NCBI GenBank assembly: GCA_039630085.1
Contig: JBCNVM010000001.1
Coordinates: forward strand, 202,037 to 266,036
Direction of reading: 5' to 3'
Origin: Candidatus Caldarchaeales archaeon
GTDB lineage: Archaea > Thermoproteota > Nitrososphaeria_A > Caldarchaeales > Calditenuaceae
Length of the DNA: 64,000 bases
Below the pieces are notes generated by a model. It worked only from the letters and a program-made list of their open reading frames with translations. It was not told the DNA's origin and did not search any database. Below, piece by piece: positions 26,722 through 35,380 of this stretch (its first letter is position 1; every line of letters begins with the position of its first letter). Both the position numbers and the translations under genes were made by a program.

Positions 26722-27702
26722 TCACCTTCGCGACAAGTAGCTGAGGAGGTCGTTGAGGTCGACGGTGGCCACCGCGACGTGGCTGTCGGCGGCCCCGTAA
26801 TAGAGGAAGACCGCGTCGCCCCTCCTCACCGCGCCGGTTACGTAGATGACGCCCGGCTTGAAGCCCGTGAACTCGTACCACTCCGTGGGGACGAGGAGCG
26901 GCGAGTCGGTCCTAGAGATCGGGACCTCCGGGCGGCTCGAGTCTAGGAGCATGGCTCCGAGCATGTACCCGTAGCCGCTCACCTCCCTAGCAGGGCTCGC
27001 GTGGTAGAAGAGGAGCCAGCCGTCGGAAGTCTCGATCGGCGGCGCGGCCGCGCCCCTGACCACCGCGTCCCACTTGCCCCTCCTCCCCATCGCGTAGCCG
27101 CCGTCGAACTCGCTCCGTATCGTGAGACCCTCGAGGTCCTCGACGTATTCGATCTGGACCCTCGGCGAGAGCGAGTGGAGTATCGCGATCCTCCCGTCGA
27201 ACCTCTTCGGGAAGACCACCCAGTTCTTGTGCTTCTCGTAGGGCGGCGAGATGACCCTCGAGTCCCTCCACCTCCACCTCCCCTCCACGAGGTCTTCAGC
27301 GCGTATCGAGGTGATCGCGACCCTGATGTTGAAGCCGTCGTAGAGCGTATAGGTCATGAAGATTTCTTCGCCGATCGCCGCGAGCCTAGGGTCCTCGGCC
27401 CCGACGATCGAACCTCCGGAGCCCGAGGGGACGGGCCTGAACTCGCTGGGCCCGCTGACGGAGACGTCGTGCTCGAAGACGGGATGAGGCAGCCTCTCGG
27501 AGACGTTGAGGCCGTCCCTGCTGACCGCGTACCCGAGCCTCGAGACCCCGTCGTCGCCGATCGCCCGGTAGAGGAGCCTCACGGCCCCCTCGATGTCGAC
27601 CGCGCCCGGGTTGAAGGTCTGCCTGCTCTCCCATTCGTGGGCCTCGATCGGCGAGATGATCGGGTTGCCGGCGTACTTCCGTATCAGCGAGAGGGCCTCC
27701 AT
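26722..27702 (-). CDS. GH130-family glycoside phosphorylase/hydrolase-like protein (single module)
   Basis: NPIISP..WESRQTFNPGAV...GAEDPR. ATG27702 is preferred; the track ORF starts at TTG27756. Confidence 0.75.
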   Translation of the reverse strand: MEALSLIRKYAGNPIISPIEAHEWESRQTFNPGAVDIEGAVRLLYRAIGDDGVSRLGYAVSRDGLNVSERLPHPVFEHDVSVSGPSEFRPVPSGSGGSIVGAEDPRLAAIGEEIFMTYTLYDGFNIRVAITSIRAEDLVEGRWRWRDSRVISPPYEKHKNWVVFPKRFDGRIAILHSLSPRVQIEYVEDLEGLTIRSEFDGGYAMGRRGKWDAVVRGAAAPPIETSDGWLLFYHASPAREVSGYGYMLGAMLLDSSRPEVPISRTDSPLLVPTEWYEFTGFKPGVIYVTGAVRRGDAVFLYYGAADSHVAVATVDLNDLLSYLSRR

Positions 27703-27856
27703 CCCTGAACGATAATTCTCACGCGCACGAGTTAAACCTGTAAGCCTATAAGCCAAATATCACGTCGCGCATCACTCTATAAAACCGTATCTTTCGTTCG
27801 GCAGGACTAGGGCGCAGGGGGCTCGGCGCACCGCAGCTCCTAGCGTCCCGGCCGGT

Positions 27857-28720
27857 TCACCTCTCCGCGTTGAGGGCTCCGTGGGCCAAGTATCCTCCTG
27901 CTGAGAGGCAGAGGGCCGCGAAGGCCGCGAGGTAAGCCAGGTGCCCCAGCGAGGCGAGGAGGTCGAAGCTCTGCCCGTAGATCAGGGAGGTCCTCAGCAC
28001 CTCTATCGCGTGAGTCAGGGGGTTCACGTCGGTGACGGGTTTCATCCAATCGGGGACGACGGTCCTCGGGTATAGCGCGGAGCTCGTGAACATCAGGGGG
28101 AGGTTGATCAGGTTCGCGAGGGCCACGTGGTACTCCCAGCTCTTCAGCCTCAGCGTGACCGCGATCACGAGGGAGGAGAGCGCGACCGAGAGGAGGGCGA
28201 GGGCCGCGAAGCCCAGCAGCACCGCGAGGGGGCCGGCGGAGTTAACCTTCAGTCCCAGAGCTACCGCCGTGAGCACGACGAGGCCGGACTGGAGGACCGC
28301 CCTGACAGCGGACGCGATGACCTTGCTGAGGACTATCGTGAACCTGTTGATCGGCGCGGCGAGCAGCTTGTAGATGAAACCAAGCCTCCTGTCCCACGCA
28401 ACGCTGAGCCCGCTGAAGACGGAGACGAAGAGGACTATCACGCCGGCCATCCCCGTAGCGACATAGGAGAAGTAGTCGACCTCGGGCGAGCCGAAGAACC
28501 TAGCGAAGGCCGCGTTGAAGGCGCTGCTGACGACCTTCAGGGACTCAGGTGGGAGGCTGGAGACGAGGTCCTCGGGGACCGAGAACATCCCCGTGAGGTT
28601 GAAGGCCTTGCCGTACAGACCCATCCAGAGGACCGGCTGGATCATCGTCATCGCGAGGAGCGCCGGAGACCTCATCAGCTTCCTCAGCTCCCTCCCGACC
28701 AGCGCGGAGAGCTCTCCCAT
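27857..28720 (-). CDS. ABC-2 type transporter permease
   Basis: 287 aa from MGELSALVGRELRKLMRSP, with 6 TM. ATG28718-28720 overlaps the ATPase TGA (TGATG). Only this part of the 614-aa track ORF is protein-like. Confidence 0.75.
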   Translation of the reverse strand: MGELSALVGRELRKLMRSPALLAMTMIQPVLWMGLYGKAFNLTGMFSVPEDLVSSLPPESLKVVSSAFNAAFARFFGSPEVDYFSYVATGMAGVIVLFVSVFSGLSVAWDRRLGFIYKLLAAPINRFTIVLSKVIASAVRAVLQSGLVVLTAVALGLKVNSAGPLAVLLGFAALALLSVALSSLVIAVTLRLKSWEYHVALANLINLPLMFTSSALYPRTVVPDWMKPVTDVNPLTHAIEVLRTSLIYGQSFDLLASLGHLAYLAAFAALCLSAGGYLAHGALNAER

Positions 28721-29715
28721 CACGCCCTCAGCCTCCTGATCGCGAACCGCTGTCGGAGGACCTCCTCCTTCGAGGACCGCTCGTCCCTGATCCTCCTGCC
28801 GGTGAGGCTCATGAAGACCTCGTCGAGCGTCGGCTTGCGCATCTCGACCCTGTTGACCGTTACGCCCGAGGAGATCAGCCTCCTCAGGACCTCCGGCAGC
28901 ACCTCCTCGCCGCCCTCGGCCCTGATCAGGACCCTCGAGCCGTCCTCCTCGACCCGCTTCACCCCGCGGACCCCGGACAGCAGCCCCTTCATGTCGACGC
29001 TGTTCTGAACGGCCTCCAGCTCTATCGCGTCGTACCCGAACCTGGCCTTCAAGTTCTTGGGCGAGTCGATCGCCATGATCCGGCCCCTGTCGATGACCGC
29101 GACCCGGTCGCAGTTCGCGTCGGCCTCCTCCATGTAGTGGGTCGTCATGAAGACCGTCAGGCCCTCCTCCCTCACGAGCCTCCTGACGTATTCCCAGATC
29201 GAGGCCCTGGTCTGGACATCCAGGCCTAAGGTCGGCTCGTCCAGGAACAATACCTTGGGTCTGTGGATCAGCGCGCCGGCCAGCTCGAGCCTCTTCCTCA
29301 TCCCGCCGGAGTAGGTGCTGACCCTCCTGTCGATCGCCTCCCTCAGGTCCACCAGCTCGACGACCTCCTCGATCCTCCTCTTCGCGAGGTCCTTGGGAAC
29401 GTGGTAGAGCGCGGCCTGGAGTCGGAGGTTCTCCATCCCCGTCAGCTCGTCGTCGACGGTCAGCTCCTGCGGCACCAGCCCGATCGACTCCCTCACCTTC
29501 CTCTGCTGCGTGAGGACGTCGTGGCCCATGACCCTCGCGGTCCCCGAGGTGGGCCTGATTAGGGTCGTGAGGACGTTGATGGTCGTCGTCTTCCCCGCTC
29601 CGTTGGGGCCCAGAAGCCCGAAGACCTCTCCTCCCTCGACCTCGAACGAGACGCCGTCGACGGCCACGACGGTCCCGAAGACCTTCCTCAGCGACTCGCA
29701 CTCAACGGCCCTCAA
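28720..29715 (-). CDS. ABC transporter ATP-binding protein (DrrA-like)
   Basis: Walker A GPNGAGKTT, signature YSGGMRKRL, Walker B LFLDEPTLGLD. Confidence 0.9.
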   Translation of the reverse strand: MRAVECESLRKVFGTVVAVDGVSFEVEGGEVFGLLGPNGAGKTTTINVLTTLIRPTSGTARVMGHDVLTQQRKVRESIGLVPQELTVDDELTGMENLRLQAALYHVPKDLAKRRIEEVVELVDLREAIDRRVSTYSGGMRKRLELAGALIHRPKVLFLDEPTLGLDVQTRASIWEYVRRLVREEGLTVFMTTHYMEEADANCDRVAVIDRGRIMAIDSPKNLKARFGYDAIELEAVQNSVDMKGLLSGVRGVKRVEEDGSRVLIRAEGGEEVLPEVLRRLISSGVTVNRVEMRKPTLDEVFMSLTGRRIRDERSSKEEVLRQRFAIRRLRA

Positions 29716-30199
29716 GGCCCCTTCTCCCCAGTATCGAGAGAACCCGGACCCTCGCGTCTCTTAAGACCTGCGCGACTTCCCTCAGTCCTTCCGGGGGAAG
29801 GGCGGCGTAGGCCCTGAGGACTGCGGCCGCGAGCTCCCTCGCCGCGTCCAACAGCTCCATCCCCTCGGCCGAGGTGTATCTCCTCCCCCTCTCGAGGAGC
29901 TCGTCGAGCAGGTCGCGCCTCTCCTCGAGGAACGCCAGGCCCCTCTCGGTGATCCTGTAGACCCTCTTCCCCTCGACCTCCTCAGACGCGACCAGGCCTT
30001 CGTCCTCGAGCATCTGGAGCGTCGGGTAGACCGCGCCCGGGCTCGGCGAGTAAATTCCGAGGAACATCTCCCTGATCGCGCTCATCACCTCGTACCCCCG
30101 CTTCGGCCCGTCCCTCAGCGCCTCGAGCACCAGCAGCCGCATGTCGCCCCTCGCGAGCCACCTGAGGCCCTTGACCGGACTCGAGAGCCATCTCGACAT
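29702..30199 (-). CDS. PadR family transcriptional regulator
   Basis: wHTH LLVLEALRDGPKRGYEVMSAI...GAVYPTLQMLEDEGLV. First gene of the padR-ABC ATPase-permease operon; the genes overlap. Confidence 0.85.
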   Translation of the reverse strand: MSRWLSSPVKGLRWLARGDMRLLVLEALRDGPKRGYEVMSAIREMFLGIYSPSPGAVYPTLQMLEDEGLVASEEVEGKRVYRITERGLAFLEERRDLLDELLERGRRYTSAEGMELLDAARELAAAVLRAYAALPPEGLREVAQVLRDARVRVLSILGRRGLEGR

Positions 30200-30203
30200 T
30201 TCT

Positions 30204-30233
30204 CGATATACCGCGAAATATCGTGATATATAA
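30204..30233 (-). promoter_or_regulatory. padR promoter: TATA box (TTATATAT, 30226-30233) plus inverted repeat CGATAT-N8-ATATCG (30204-30223)
   Basis: The TATA box lies 27-34 nt upstream of ATG30199. A perfect 6-nt inverted repeat with an 8-nt spacer lies between the TATA box and the start codon. Confidence 0.5.
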
Positions 30234-30623
30234 GCATAATGCGCGAATCGTCCAGTCCGTTGCCTCTAGGTCCGATCAGAGCGCTGGGTTCGACATGTGC
30301 CCTGCGTCGTCCCGGACTCGTCGGCCTCTGCCGGGTCGGGGGAGGGACGACCGCGTCGTCCTCGATCGTGAAGGTCACGCGCTTGGACTTGATGGAGATG
30401 CCCCTGATGCACACCCGCAGCAGGTCATCGGCCGTTTCTCGCAGCCTCACACTTTCGAGCGCTCGACGATGAATTCGTCCGCCTCCCTCCTCCGCGAGCG
30501 CCGCGTCGGTCCACCCGGACTCCACCTCCTCGATGACCAGTTGAGCTCTATCTCGAGGCCCGTCAGCGCCTTCGCGCCACCCGAAGGCTCGCGAAGACCG
30601 ACGTAATACCGGGGATGAGCACC

Positions 30624-33020
30624 TCAGAGGAGTTTCGCGGAGAACCCGCTCCTCCAGAGCGCGAGGAGGTGGAGGTTCCCGACGTTGACGTTCCTGAGGT
30701 GCCTCTTCGCAGCCCTGTAGCACTCCCAGACCTGCCTCTCCGGCGTGACGGGGACGTCGTTCATTTTGAAGTCCGGGTGGAAGACCAAGAGGCTGTACGG
30801 TATCTCCGGGTCCAAGGAGGCGATGAACCTCGCGATCTGGTCGACCTCGCGCTCGTTGACGTACTGGGGGACGAGGAGCGTCGTGGCTCCCAGCACGGGC
30901 ACGTCCCTCCTCCTCTCGTAGAACTCGTCGTAGACGAGCTCGAAGTTCCTCAGGATCTCCTCGTTGTCCATCCCGGTCAGCGCTACGTGGACGGACTTTG
31001 TGAAGGCCTTCAGGTCGAACTTCACGTTCCCTCCCGAGGTCAGCGAGAGCTCCGCGGCCCTCCTCACCAGCGCAGGGTTCCCGTCGCCGTTCCACTCCCA
31101 GCAGATCCTCACGATCCTTCCCTCGCCCTTCTCCTCAAGGACCGTCCTAGAGGCGTTGACCGCGAAGGGGAGCTGGGGCTCGGCCGATCCGCCGAACCAG
31201 CACCAGCACGTGATCCTCTCGTTCCTGAGCGTGACCTCCACCAGCTCCCTGGTCGTGATCCTCTTCCCCCTCGAGAGGGCCTTGTGGGTCCAGTTCTGGC
31301 AATTCTTCACTGCAATGCAGTTGGCGATGTAGGAATGGTCTTCGCAATCAACCTCTATGTTGTAGACGTATCCTGAATAAGGCCGTCTCTCAACGCTCTC
31401 AATTCGCCAAGAGATGTAATTGGCGGCACCGATTCCTGAGCCCGCACCACTGCTCATGCGCGAGTCGAACGATCTCTCCTCGACCTTGATGACGTATAAT
31501 CTCGATCGGCCGACCCTCCCCGTTCCAGTTCTCTCGATGCGGGGCGGTACAGACGTGTATAGAGCTGGTTTCATTCCCAATCCGATCATCAACCAGAGAA
31601 TCTCAAAGGCCAAGCGCTTCGAGGACGTTGATGCGACGACGTATCCTCGAGTGGTGCGATCGTCCCCTTTCAAGTAAGCCCTCAAGAAAGATTTGACTAC
31701 GTTTGCTGGTGCTAGTAGAATCCGTGGCGGGACGTGCTTTTCACGTGGACCCTGTCCACAGAGTTCGCCGAACAGTGAAGCGAGCGTGGGTTCGTCGATC
31801 TCCACCGTTATGCTGGTCGCCCTCTCCACCACGGTGCACTTCACGCCGAAGATGCTCTCCAGAACGTCGACAGCCCTTCTGACTAAACCCCTCTCGCGAT
31901 GTCCGAACGAAATGACAAGCCTGTGGGCATGCGGTCCGTTACCGCCCCTCGTCACACGTCCCCTTGCGCAGTAAAGGCCTAAGATCTCTGCAAGTTCCTC
32001 GTTTAAGGTGATGAAGCGCGGAATGCAGCTCCTTTCCTCCCCCTTGGACCTCACCGTTCCGTCTTCCTCTACAGTCGTGCCCCCGGAGAGCCCGTTTCCT
32101 GCAGTCACGGCTATCTCAGCGGCCAGCTCCTCGGTCACCCTGACAGGCTCCCTGAGCTTCGCGGAGTGGCGAGCGAGCAGCTCTTCGACGTCGATTGCAT
32201 CGGCGGATTCGCCTCGCGGGCGCGGCGTTACTAGGTATGATCCGCTTCTGACCTCATCGGCCCTGACGGTCTTGACGGTTTGAGCGTCGGGGCCGTCCGA
32301 CACGAACAGGCGGTGAGACGGCGTGCACTCGAGAGGCGGACCGAGGGCCGGTTTCAACGCGATCAGCTCCCCCTCGTACCAGTGTCTGAATACCCGCAGG
32401 ACCCTCGCCCTTCTGCCCGTGTGCGTTATCGTGTAGACTGAAGCGGGATACGCCTCTTCGTGGTCGAGGAACGAGAGCTTGAGCGGGGCTTTGCGAAAGA
32501 GTTGAGAGATGGTCTTCATCCCCTCGTCGGTGAGCACGAGGACGTCGGGCGGCAGACAGAACTGGCAGTTCAGCGAGCACCCGTAGAAGAAGAGCGCGAG
32601 GATGTAGTAACCGACCTCGGGCCCCTCCCTCACCGCGAACTTCGGATACCCGCACCCTGTCCCCGCGGGGCAGAACCACGCGTTGCAGCAGTTGGTGACG
32701 TGGGGGTCGAGGTAGTAGTCCAGCAGGCCGAAGTCCGTCCCCGAGAGGCTCCACATCCTCCCGCCCCTGACGCCCCTTATCCCGCAATACCCGACCTCTC
32801 CGTCGGCCATGACGCACCTGGCCGCGCAGAGGTTGCAGGGCTTCCCTCCCGGAGACCTCGGAGGCTCGGGGGGCAGTCCGAACTCGGCCCTCGAAGCCCT
32901 GTGGCCCTCCATCGCCACCTTCAGGGCCGCCTCGGGCCTCTCGACCAAACACTCCCTGCAGACGCCGATCGCCCTCGAGGTCAGCGGCGACGCCGCGCCG
33001 CAGGTCGCGCACCTAGCCAT
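30624..33020 (-). CDS. PflA/AmrS-like radical SAM enzyme, intein-containing precursor (798 aa; predicted spliced product 379 aa)
   Basis: N-terminal Zn ribbon CATCG...CRECL. The cluster motif GCSLNCQF / CQNW is split by a 419-aa insert. The C-terminal half resembles activase-type radical SAM proteins. Confidence 0.85.
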   Translation of the reverse strand: MARCATCGAASPLTSRAIGVCRECLVERPEAALKVAMEGHRASRAEFGLPPEPPRSPGGKPCNLCAARCVMADGEVGYCGIRGVRGGRMWSLSGTDFGLLDYYLDPHVTNCCNAWFCPAGTGCGYPKFAVREGPEVGYYILALFFYGCSLNCQFCLPPDVLVLTDEGMKTISQLFRKAPLKLSFLDHEEAYPASVYTITHTGRRARVLRVFRHWYEGELIALKPALGPPLECTPSHRLFVSDGPDAQTVKTVRADEVRSGSYLVTPRPRGESADAIDVEELLARHSAKLREPVRVTEELAAEIAVTAGNGLSGGTTVEEDGTVRSKGEERSCIPRFITLNEELAEILGLYCARGRVTRGGNGPHAHRLVISFGHRERGLVRRAVDVLESIFGVKCTVVERATSITVEIDEPTLASLFGELCGQGPREKHVPPRILLAPANVVKSFLRAYLKGDDRTTRGYVVASTSSKRLAFEILWLMIGLGMKPALYTSVPPRIERTGTGRVGRSRLYVIKVEERSFDSRMSSGAGSGIGAANYISWRIESVERRPYSGYVYNIEVDCEDHSYIANCIAVKNCQNWTHKALSRGKRITTRELVEVTLRNERITCWCWFGGSAEPQLPFAVNASRTVLEEKGEGRIVRICWEWNGDGNPALVRRAAELSLTSGGNVKFDLKAFTKSVHVALTGMDNEEILRNFELVYDEFYERRRDVPVLGATTLLVPQYVNEREVDQIARFIASLDPEIPYSLLVFHPDFKMNDVPVTPERQVWECYRAAKRHLRNVNVGNLHLLALWRSGFSAKLL
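31302..32558 (-). mobile_element. Intein with LAGLIDADG homing-endonuclease domain (residues 155-573 of the radical SAM precursor)
   Basis: Cys1 (CLPPDVLVLTDEG), block B TPSH, LAGLIDADG-like EILGLYCARG and FLRAYLKGDD, block F YVYNIEVDCEDHSYIAN, block G CIAVKN followed by Cys+1. Excision restores CSLNCQFCQNW. GC is visibly lower. Confidence 0.8.
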
Positions 33021-33106
33021 TCCACCCCTATTCCCCCAGTCCGGGACATACGCCTTTTTCGCCCTCCGACCGGCCAGGCTTTAACCCGGGTCGCAGGTGA
33101 CGGCGC

Positions 33107-34231
33107 GTGGAACCGCTGAAGGGGTTGAAGGTGCTGGATCTGACGCAGTTCCCGCCATGGGAGTTCTCGACCCTGATGCTGGCTGCGATGGGCGCCGAGG
33201 TGATCAAGGTCGAGCCTCTGACAGGAGCCGCGAGCAGGAGGCTCTCCCCGGCCGCGAACGGCAGGCCCCTCCTCTTCGAGTGGCTCAACAGGGGCAAGAG
33301 GAGCGTCGGGCTGGACCTGCGGAGGCCGGAGGGAAGGGAGGTGCTGATGAGGATGGTCGAGCGCGCCGACGTGCTGGTAGAGGCCTTCACCGCCGCGACG
33401 GCCGCGAAGCTGGGCCTCGACTACCGGAGCCTCTCGGCGATGAACCCGAGGCTCGTCCTCTGCTCGGTGAGGGCCTTCGAGGGCGACGAGCCGGACGCGG
33501 GGCACGACGTCAACGTCCTCTCGCTGACCGGCGCTCTGAGCCTGATCTCGGACCCGAGCGGCAGGCCCCTGATCCCCGGGCTGCTGGTCGCGGACTTCGC
33601 GGCCTCCTACTCCGTGGTCGTGAAGGTGCTCGCCGCCCTCCTCGAGCGCCATGTGACCGGAAGGGGGTCCCACGCGGTCGTGACGATGTCATCCGCGGTC
33701 CTTCCCTTCCTCTACCACCAGGTCGCGGCCGCGGTCGCCCTCGGGAGGCAGTTGGGCTACGGAGAGGACCCGCTCCGGGGAGCCTTCCCCTGCTACAACC
33801 TCTATGGGACCTCCGACGGGAAGTTCGTGGCGGTGGGCATGCCCGCCGAGCCCCACCTGTGGAGGGAGCTCTGCGAGAGGATCTCGAGGCCCGACCTGAT
33901 CGACAGGCAGTTCGACCGCGCCGCAGTCGAGGAGCTCGCGGAGGTCTTCAGGTCCAAGAGCAGGGACGAGTGGGCAGAGGCGCTCAGGGGCGTGAGGTGC
34001 GTCACGCCGGTGCTGGACATCGTCGAGGCGATGAGGTCCGGCGAGGCCTCCAAGCTCCTCGAGGCCTCCGGCGAGGGTCCGCCGCTCCCGGTCACACCCG
34101 TGGGCCCGATCGGGCGGCTGAGGAGGGCTCCGGAGCTCGGGGAACACACCGCGGAGGTCCTGAAGTCCCTGGGATACTCGGGCTCCGAGGTCGAGAGGCT
34201 CGCGAAGGAGGGAGTGGTCCGGGTGGCCTGA
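33107..34231 (+). CDS. Family III CoA-transferase (CaiB/BaiF / alpha-methylacyl-CoA racemase family)
   Basis: LKGLKVLDLTQF...GAEVIKVEP...NRGKRSVGLDLR...ADVLVEAF is the typical N-terminal signature. Confidence 0.85.
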   Translation: MEPLKGLKVLDLTQFPPWEFSTLMLAAMGAEVIKVEPLTGAASRRLSPAANGRPLLFEWLNRGKRSVGLDLRRPEGREVLMRMVERADVLVEAFTAATAAKLGLDYRSLSAMNPRLVLCSVRAFEGDEPDAGHDVNVLSLTGALSLISDPSGRPLIPGLLVADFAASYSVVVKVLAALLERHVTGRGSHAVVTMSSAVLPFLYHQVAAAVALGRQLGYGEDPLRGAFPCYNLYGTSDGKFVAVGMPAEPHLWRELCERISRPDLIDRQFDRAAVEELAEVFRSKSRDEWAEALRGVRCVTPVLDIVEAMRSGEASKLLEASGEGPPLPVTPVGPIGRLRRAPELGEHTAEVLKSLGYSGSEVERLAKEGVVRVA

Positions 34232-34234
34232 AGC

Positions 34235-35380
34235 TCAGCAGAGCCCTGACCTCCTCAGGAGGCTGAGGGCCTCGGGACCGCTCGGCCTCCTCACGTGGAG
34301 CACCGTGAACCTCTCGGGCCTCAGGTCCGCCGCGTTGACCACCGCCTCGACTCCCTCAGCCTCGCCGACGCCTATCTCCGCGAGCGTCAGGGGGAGACCC
34401 GCGGCCTCCATCGCCCTCCTGATTCCCCGCCAGCTCATCCTCTCGTCCCTCCACCAGTTCTCGCTGTTGACCTCGGAGTGGTAGAGCGCCATCGCGACGG
34501 TCCCGAGGGCCACCTGCTCGCCGTGAAGCCCCCTGGACCTGCCCATTCCGTCGATGTAGTGGGAGATCAGGTGCTCGGAGCCTGACGCGGGCCTCGAGGA
34601 CCCGACGAGCGACATCGCCAACCCAGATAACACCAGACCCTCCAGTAGGCCCTCGTGGTCCCCCATCCCTCCTGCCACGAACGCCATCGCCCTCTCGACG
34701 GCCATCTCCTCGAGCCTGTACGCGGCCTCGCAGACCTCCTCGCCGGCGTGGTCCCTCCCCAGCTCCCAGTCCTTCAGCGCGGTGACCTTCGAGAGCAGGT
34801 CCCCCACGCCCGCGGCGGTCAGCCTCCTCGGCGACGATCTCAGGACCGCAACGTCCGCCACCACCGCGACCGGTTCCCTCGCGAGGACGCTGGTCCTGTG
34901 GGCCTTCCCTCCGAGCCAGATCGATGCGACCGGGGATGCGATGCCGTCGTGGGAGAGTGCCGTGGGGACCGAGACGAAGGGCCTGCCGGACCTGAAGCTC
35001 GCGAGCTTGCAGACGTCAATCACCGTACCGCCGCCGACCGCGACGGACGCCTCTGAATCCGCGAGGGTCCGCTCGACCAGAGCGACGTTGGCCTCGTCGG
35101 CCCTCGAGACCTCGAGCACCTTCACACCGATCCCGGAGGAGGACAGGGCCCCTGCCACCTCCCTGCCGAGCACGTCCAGCGTGACCCGGTCCACGACGAC
35201 CGCGACCCTCTCCGCCCCGCCGATCCGCTCGAGGGCCCTCGCGACCGCCTCCCCCGCGTGGCCGTTGACGACCTCGAGGCTCCTCAGCCCGACCCCGTGG
35301 GACCTCGAGCAGCTGCAGGTCTTCGAGACGCTTTCGATGAGGTCATCGATGTCCTCGGGCTCCGCGATCATGGGACTCAC
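34235..35380 (-). CDS. egsA: sn-Glycerol-1-phosphate dehydrogenase (iron-ADH/DHQS superfamily)
   Basis: GGGTVIDVCKLASF and PFVSVPTALSHDGIASPVASI resemble the archaeal G1PDH motifs. Confidence 0.7.
   Translation of the reverse strand: MSPMIAEPEDIDDLIESVSKTCSCSRSHGVGLRSLEVVNGHAGEAVARALERIGGAERVAVVVDRVTLDVLGREVAGALSSSGIGVKVLEVSRADEANVALVERTLADSEASVAVGGGTVIDVCKLASFRSGRPFVSVPTALSHDGIASPVASIWLGGKAHRTSVLAREPVAVVADVAVLRSSPRRLTAAGVGDLLSKVTALKDWELGRDHAGEEVCEAAYRLEEMAVERAMAFVAGGMGDHEGLLEGLVLSGLAMSLVGSSRPASGSEHLISHYIDGMGRSRGLHGEQVALGTVAMALYHSEVNSENWWRDERMSWRGIRRAMEAAGLPLTLAEIGVGEAEGVEAVVNAADLRPERFTVLHVRRPSGPEALSLLRRSGLC

Noticed and set aside
28721-29701. N-terminal 327 aa of the 614-aa track ORF 27857..29701
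   Set aside because: This part is an Arg/Gly-rich alternative frame over the ABC ATPase gene. The real permease starts at ATG28720, overlapping the ATPase stop.
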